Source: an uncultured delta proteobacterium
GTDB lineage: Bacteria > Myxococcota_A > Polyangia > Fen-1088
Length of the DNA: 64,000 nt
Assembly (NCBI GenBank): GCA_963767925.1
Contig: CAVYGB010000008.1
Span: forward strand, 352,001-416,000
Direction of reading: 5' to 3'
Positions 60,681 through 64,000 of this stretch are shown here, piece by piece. The position numbers were made by a program, and so were the translations under genes. The stretch's first letter is position 1; every line of letters begins with the position of its first letter. A model generated the notes under the pieces. It was given only the letters and a program-made list of their open reading frames with translations, was not told the DNA's origin and did not search any database.

Positions 60681-61847
60681 CTACTTTCCGCCCTCCAGGG
60701 TTCCCATGGCGAACTTGAGGTAGTCGCCCTCGGGAAACCAGGGCACCACGGGGTGGTCGTCCCCCGCGCCCCGCAGGGCCAGCAACTGGAAGCGACGTCC
60801 GGCGGCGCGGGCGCCCTCCTCGACGGTCGCCACGAAGTCCTCCCGCAGGAGGTGGCTCGAGCAGGAGGCCGGGCAGAAAAGACCGCCTGGCGCCACCACC
60901 GCGGCGGCCAGCATATGGAGCCGCCGGTACGCGCTCCGGGCCGCGCCGAGGGCGCTCTTGCGGGGGGCGAAGCTCGGCGGATCGGAGATCACGATGTCCC
61001 AGCGGTCGCCGGCGGCCGCCGCCCTCCCGAGAAAGGCGAAGGCGTCCTCGGCGTGCACGCGGTGGGGGCCTGCGGGCAGGTTGTTGCGGGCGAAGTTCCG
61101 GAGGGCGGCTTGCAGGGCGGGCCGGGCCAGGTCGACCGTGTCGGTGGAGCGGGCACCACCGGCGGCGGCATAGAGGGAAAACCCGCCGGTGTAGCCGAAC
61201 AGGTTGAGCACGGTCCGGTCTCGCGCCCGCTGGCCGACCTCCGCCCGGTTGTCGCGCTGGTCGAGGAAGAGCCCACCCTTCTGTCCCTTGCCGAGGTCGA
61301 CCCCGAAGCGCAGGCCGTTCTCCGTCACTTCGATCTCGCCCCCCGCCCCGGCCCCGCGATCCTCCCGGTCGACCACCGCGCGCACCATCGGCCCGCCCAC
61401 CATCCTGAGCGCCTCGGGCAGGTCGCGGTAGAAGGCCCGCGCGCCGGCGCCATCGAACCGGACCGAGGCGACGTCGGCGTAGAGGTCGACGTGAACGCCG
61501 GCCAGGCCATCGGCCTCGCCGTGCACCCAGCGAAAGGCGCTCGTCTGGGTGAGGTCGAGCTTGGCGCGCCGCCGGCCGAGCGCCGAGGCGAGCCGGGTCC
61601 GCACCAGCGCCTCCAGGGAGGTGGCGGGATCGCTGGTCAGCAGCCGCACGGCGATGGGCGAATGGGCGTCCCAGAAGCCGAGGGCCAGCGGGCTGTGATC
61701 GCGCGCGCGGAGCAGGACGGGGGCGCCATCGGCGATCGGGCCGGCGCTGGTGATGGCGTCGCGATACACCCACGGATGGCCCTGCCGGACCCGAGTTTCC
61801 AGGGGTTTTGCGAGGGTCACGGCGGCGGGGCTATCCCACGTTGTCAT
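60681..61847 (-). CDS. RlmI/RlmK-type class I SAM-dependent rRNA methyltransferase
   Basis: GHPWVY PUA-like start, GEADGL, GQKGGLFLDQRDNR, NLFGYTGGF, DPPSF, SCS and YLK. Confidence 0.92.
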   Translation of the reverse strand: MTTWDSPAAVTLAKPLETRVRQGHPWVYRDAITSAGPIADGAPVLLRARDHSPLALGFWDAHSPIAVRLLTSDPATSLEALVRTRLASALGRRRAKLDLTQTSAFRWVHGEADGLAGVHVDLYADVASVRFDGAGARAFYRDLPEALRMVGGPMVRAVVDREDRGAGAGGEIEVTENGLRFGVDLGKGQKGGLFLDQRDNRAEVGQRARDRTVLNLFGYTGGFSLYAAAGGARSTDTVDLARPALQAALRNFARNNLPAGPHRVHAEDAFAFLGRAAAAGDRWDIVISDPPSFAPRKSALGAARSAYRRLHMLAAAVVAPGGLFCPASCSSHLLREDFVATVEEGARAAGRRFQLLALRGAGDDHPVVPWFPEGDYLKFAMGTLEGGK

Positions 61848-62237
61848 GAACGGTAGGGAACACGCGTATCGATTTTCGGAGGCTTCGTAAAGTTAATCGG
61901 CGTGCCCGCCGAACGGAAACTGCGCGCAGGTTGGGATCGGGCGGCGGCGGCAGCGGTCGAGGGAGGCTGAACAGCTCGCGATTTGGGTTGGGGTAGGGGC
62001 TGGCGAGCTCTCGGGTGGGAATGAAGGGGAGGCGGGCTCCGTTTGGATGGAGCAGCCGGGGTGTTGGTGGTTGAGGCCGGTCGGGGTGTCGAGTGTTCTG
62101 GGGGTGTTGGGTGGACTGCGCTGGGAGTTCGGCTGCGGGTGGGGAACCGGCGGCGCCGCGAGTGGGTAGGACGGGGTAGGGGGCGGCGCCGCCGGGGATC
62201 GGTTTTCCCCGGCTGAATCGAGGGAGCTCGTCGGCAG

Positions 62238-62554
62238 GGGTCGTCGCTCGGGTCGCATGAGCGTGTGAGCGCGCCGTGACCGAGCAGGTGGTCTGACCGC
62301 GGGTGGTCGCTCGGATCGCGTGAGCGCATCAGCGCCGTGACCGAGCAGCCCGTCGCCCATGTGTCGTCGATCGGACTGTGATCGCGAGCGCCGTGAGCGG
62401 GCCCGACGTCGTCGCACACGGGTGGTCGATCGGAGCGCGAGCGTCTGTGGACGGGGCGCGAGGCGGTCGTCTCGTTGCGGATGATCGATAGTGCTCGTTG
62501 GCGCGCGAGCGCGCTGGTCGAACGTGAGGTCACGGTCGCTCGGGTGATCCTGCG
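62238..62554. repeat. Degenerate ~60-bp non-coding tandem array
   Basis: Anchors related to GGGTGGTCGMTCGG at 62238, 62301, 62361 and 62420, weaker at 62479 and 62542. Confidence 0.55.
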
Positions 62555-62854
62555 CGGCACGTCGTCCAACCCGGACCGCTTGCGCGGGCGATCGCCGCGC
62601 GAGCTGCGGCCATCGCCGCTGACCTGTGGGGCCGGCGGAGCCAGCGGGGGTCGGCCACCGCCATCGGCCCCTCGAGACGGACAGCGTCGCCGTTGCGCGC
62701 CAGCCAACGCCCGCTGTTGTTTTCGTGCAGCCCGAAGGCACCCGCGGAACCCCGGCCGGGCCGCCGTTGCGAGAGAACCGAGAGGTTGTCGCCACTTATA
62801 TAAGTAAGATAATTTACTAAAAAATAGGCAGGGTTCGTGCAGTGGAGACAAGGC

Positions 62855-64000
62855 ATGCGAATTCCGCCGAGAGCCGTGCCGACCTCCAGGAACGCGCGGA
62901 CCGTCCGCGGCCTGAGCGCCCTTGCCGTTGCCGCCGCCAGCCTGGGTTGCATGCAGCCTGGTGATCCTCTGTGGGAGGGTGAAGGTTCCGGCGTCGAGGA
63001 GCAGACCCAGGCGCTGGGTGGGCAAAACCTTGGTGGCTCGAACCTGGGCGGCGTGAACCTCGGTGGATCGAACCTGGGCGGGGCCAACCTGGGTGGCGCC
63101 AACCTCGGTGGCGTGAACCTGGGTGGCAGCAACCTGGGCGGGTCGAACCTTGGTGGCAGCAACCTGGGCGGCAACAACCTCGGTGGGTCGAACCTTGGTG
63201 GCAGCAACCTGGGCGGGTCGAACCTTGGTGGCAGCAACCTGGGCGGGTCGAACCTTGGCGGCAGCAACCTGGGCGGGTCGAACCTTGGCGGCAGCAACCT
63301 GGGCGGGTCGAACCTTGGTGGCAACAACCTTGGCGGCAGCAACCTGGGCGGGTCGAACCTTGGCGGCAGCAACAGCGGCCGCAACATCCACAGCCTGACC
63401 GGATCGATCAACGGGATGCTCTACAGCGCCGAGGACATGTGGACGCCCAAGACTGCCCAGTGCATCGTCCTGGGCATCGGGTCCACGGCGTTCCCCAAGC
63501 TGCTCGGGCAGCAGTCGGCCAGCGCCAAGATCTCGGTGGCCCTCGGCAAGCTGCCCTGGGGCTTCGCCAACAGCTCCGGCGGGGCGGTCGCCCTGCGGGC
63601 CTGGGAGGCGGTGGTCTGGGGTGACAAGACCTACTGCGTGTTCGTCCTGGCCGCCCCCCCGGAAGCCAACTGGGCCGGCGTCGCCGGCTTCATCAAGGCG
63701 GTCTTCCGCTGGAACGCGCCCCCCGCCCAGGTCATGGAGATCAGCGGCATCGAGGCCAGCGCCCCCCACGACCCGACCCTGAGCACGGCCGTCTCCAGCT
63801 ACAACGGCATGATGAACGCGGGGGCCCACTTCCGCTCGGGCAACGTCCTGGCGACGCCCTTCGTCGCCGGCGAGCTCGCCTTCATCACCGCCACCACCAA
63901 CAACCAGTCGGTGATGGTCGACTTCTCCTCCTGGGTGATCGACAAGAACCAGAACCCGCTCGTGCTGGGCAACGTGCAGTCGGCCAGCCCGCCCAGCTAC
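62855..64000 (+). CDS. Lipoprotein with 24 tandem LGGxN pentapeptides, 3'-truncated and absent from the ORF track
   Basis: SD GGAG plus ATG 62855; SLGC lipobox (Cys32); repeats at 63014-63373; frame open for 382 codons to the window end with strong GC3 after the repeats. Confidence 0.9.
   Translation, partial: MRIPPRAVPTSRNARTVRGLSALAVAAASLGCMQPGDPLWEGEGSGVEEQTQALGGQNLGGSNLGGVNLGGSNLGGANLGGANLGGVNLGGSNLGGSNLGGSNLGGNNLGGSNLGGSNLGGSNLGGSNLGGSNLGGSNLGGSNLGGSNLGGSNLGGNNLGGSNLGGSNLGGSNSGRNIHSLTGSINGMLYSAEDMWTPKTAQCIVLGIGSTAFPKLLGQQSASAKISVALGKLPWGFANSSGGAVALRAWEAVVWGDKTYCVFVLAAPPEANWAGVAGFIKAVFRWNAPPAQVMEISGIEASAPHDPTLSTAVSSYNGMMNAGAHFRSGNVLATPFVAGELAFITATTNNQSVMVDFSSWVIDKNQNPLVLGNVQSASPPSY

Noticed and set aside
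62238..63373. CRISPR array
   Set aside because: The 60-bp units are too degenerate, the 15-bp units are coding with no spacers, and no cas genes are in the window.
63014..63373. Multi-core RiPP precursor
   Set aside because: The repeats are embedded in a long lipoprotein; no cleavage motifs or modifying enzymes are visible in the window.
61844..63829. Minus-strand ORFs with KVRPAQVAAT or PPRLL/PPRFD repeats
   Set aside because: Antisense readings of the LGGxN array; the + frame has the SD, lipobox and codon bias.

Overview
Very GC-rich chromosomal window, most consistent with a myxobacterium (Myxococcota): it carries a Hanks-type kinase, a Glt/Nfs-like TPR/TonB cluster and Cys-rich lipoproteins. 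From left to right: the 3' part of a TonB-dependent receptor; a Ser/Thr kinase; a gltC-D-E-F-G-(extra lipoprotein)-gltH/cglE-like operon; metF, an atypical clpX paralogue, an ArsC-family gene, eno and an acyl-CoA dehydrogenase; a system I cytochrome c maturation cluster with a CcmF-CcmH fusion, accessory genes and no ccmE; DedA, EVE and hydrolase genes; a lower-GC island (IS5 relic, 696-aa Cys-rich protein, plant/fungal-type class III GH18 chitinase split at a G9 tract); ABC-F, murA, short hisG, HupE/UreJ and a porin; a sigma-54 CBS/NtrC/HK/RR module; ppx plus CHAD; GH20 plus a sodium:solute symporter; lipB and yyaL; a GGDEF gene, an NtrC-like regulator without AAA+, and an rlmI-like gene. At the right edge is a lipoprotein missed by the ORF track, with 24 tandem LGGxN pentapeptides, preceded by a degenerate ~60-bp non-coding array. 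Many conserved genes between about 17 and 47 kb carry single-base frameshifts, often at short homopolymers, which look like long-read assembly errors. No rRNA, tRNA or CRISPR array was found. All family calls come from motif recognition by eye; no database search was run.
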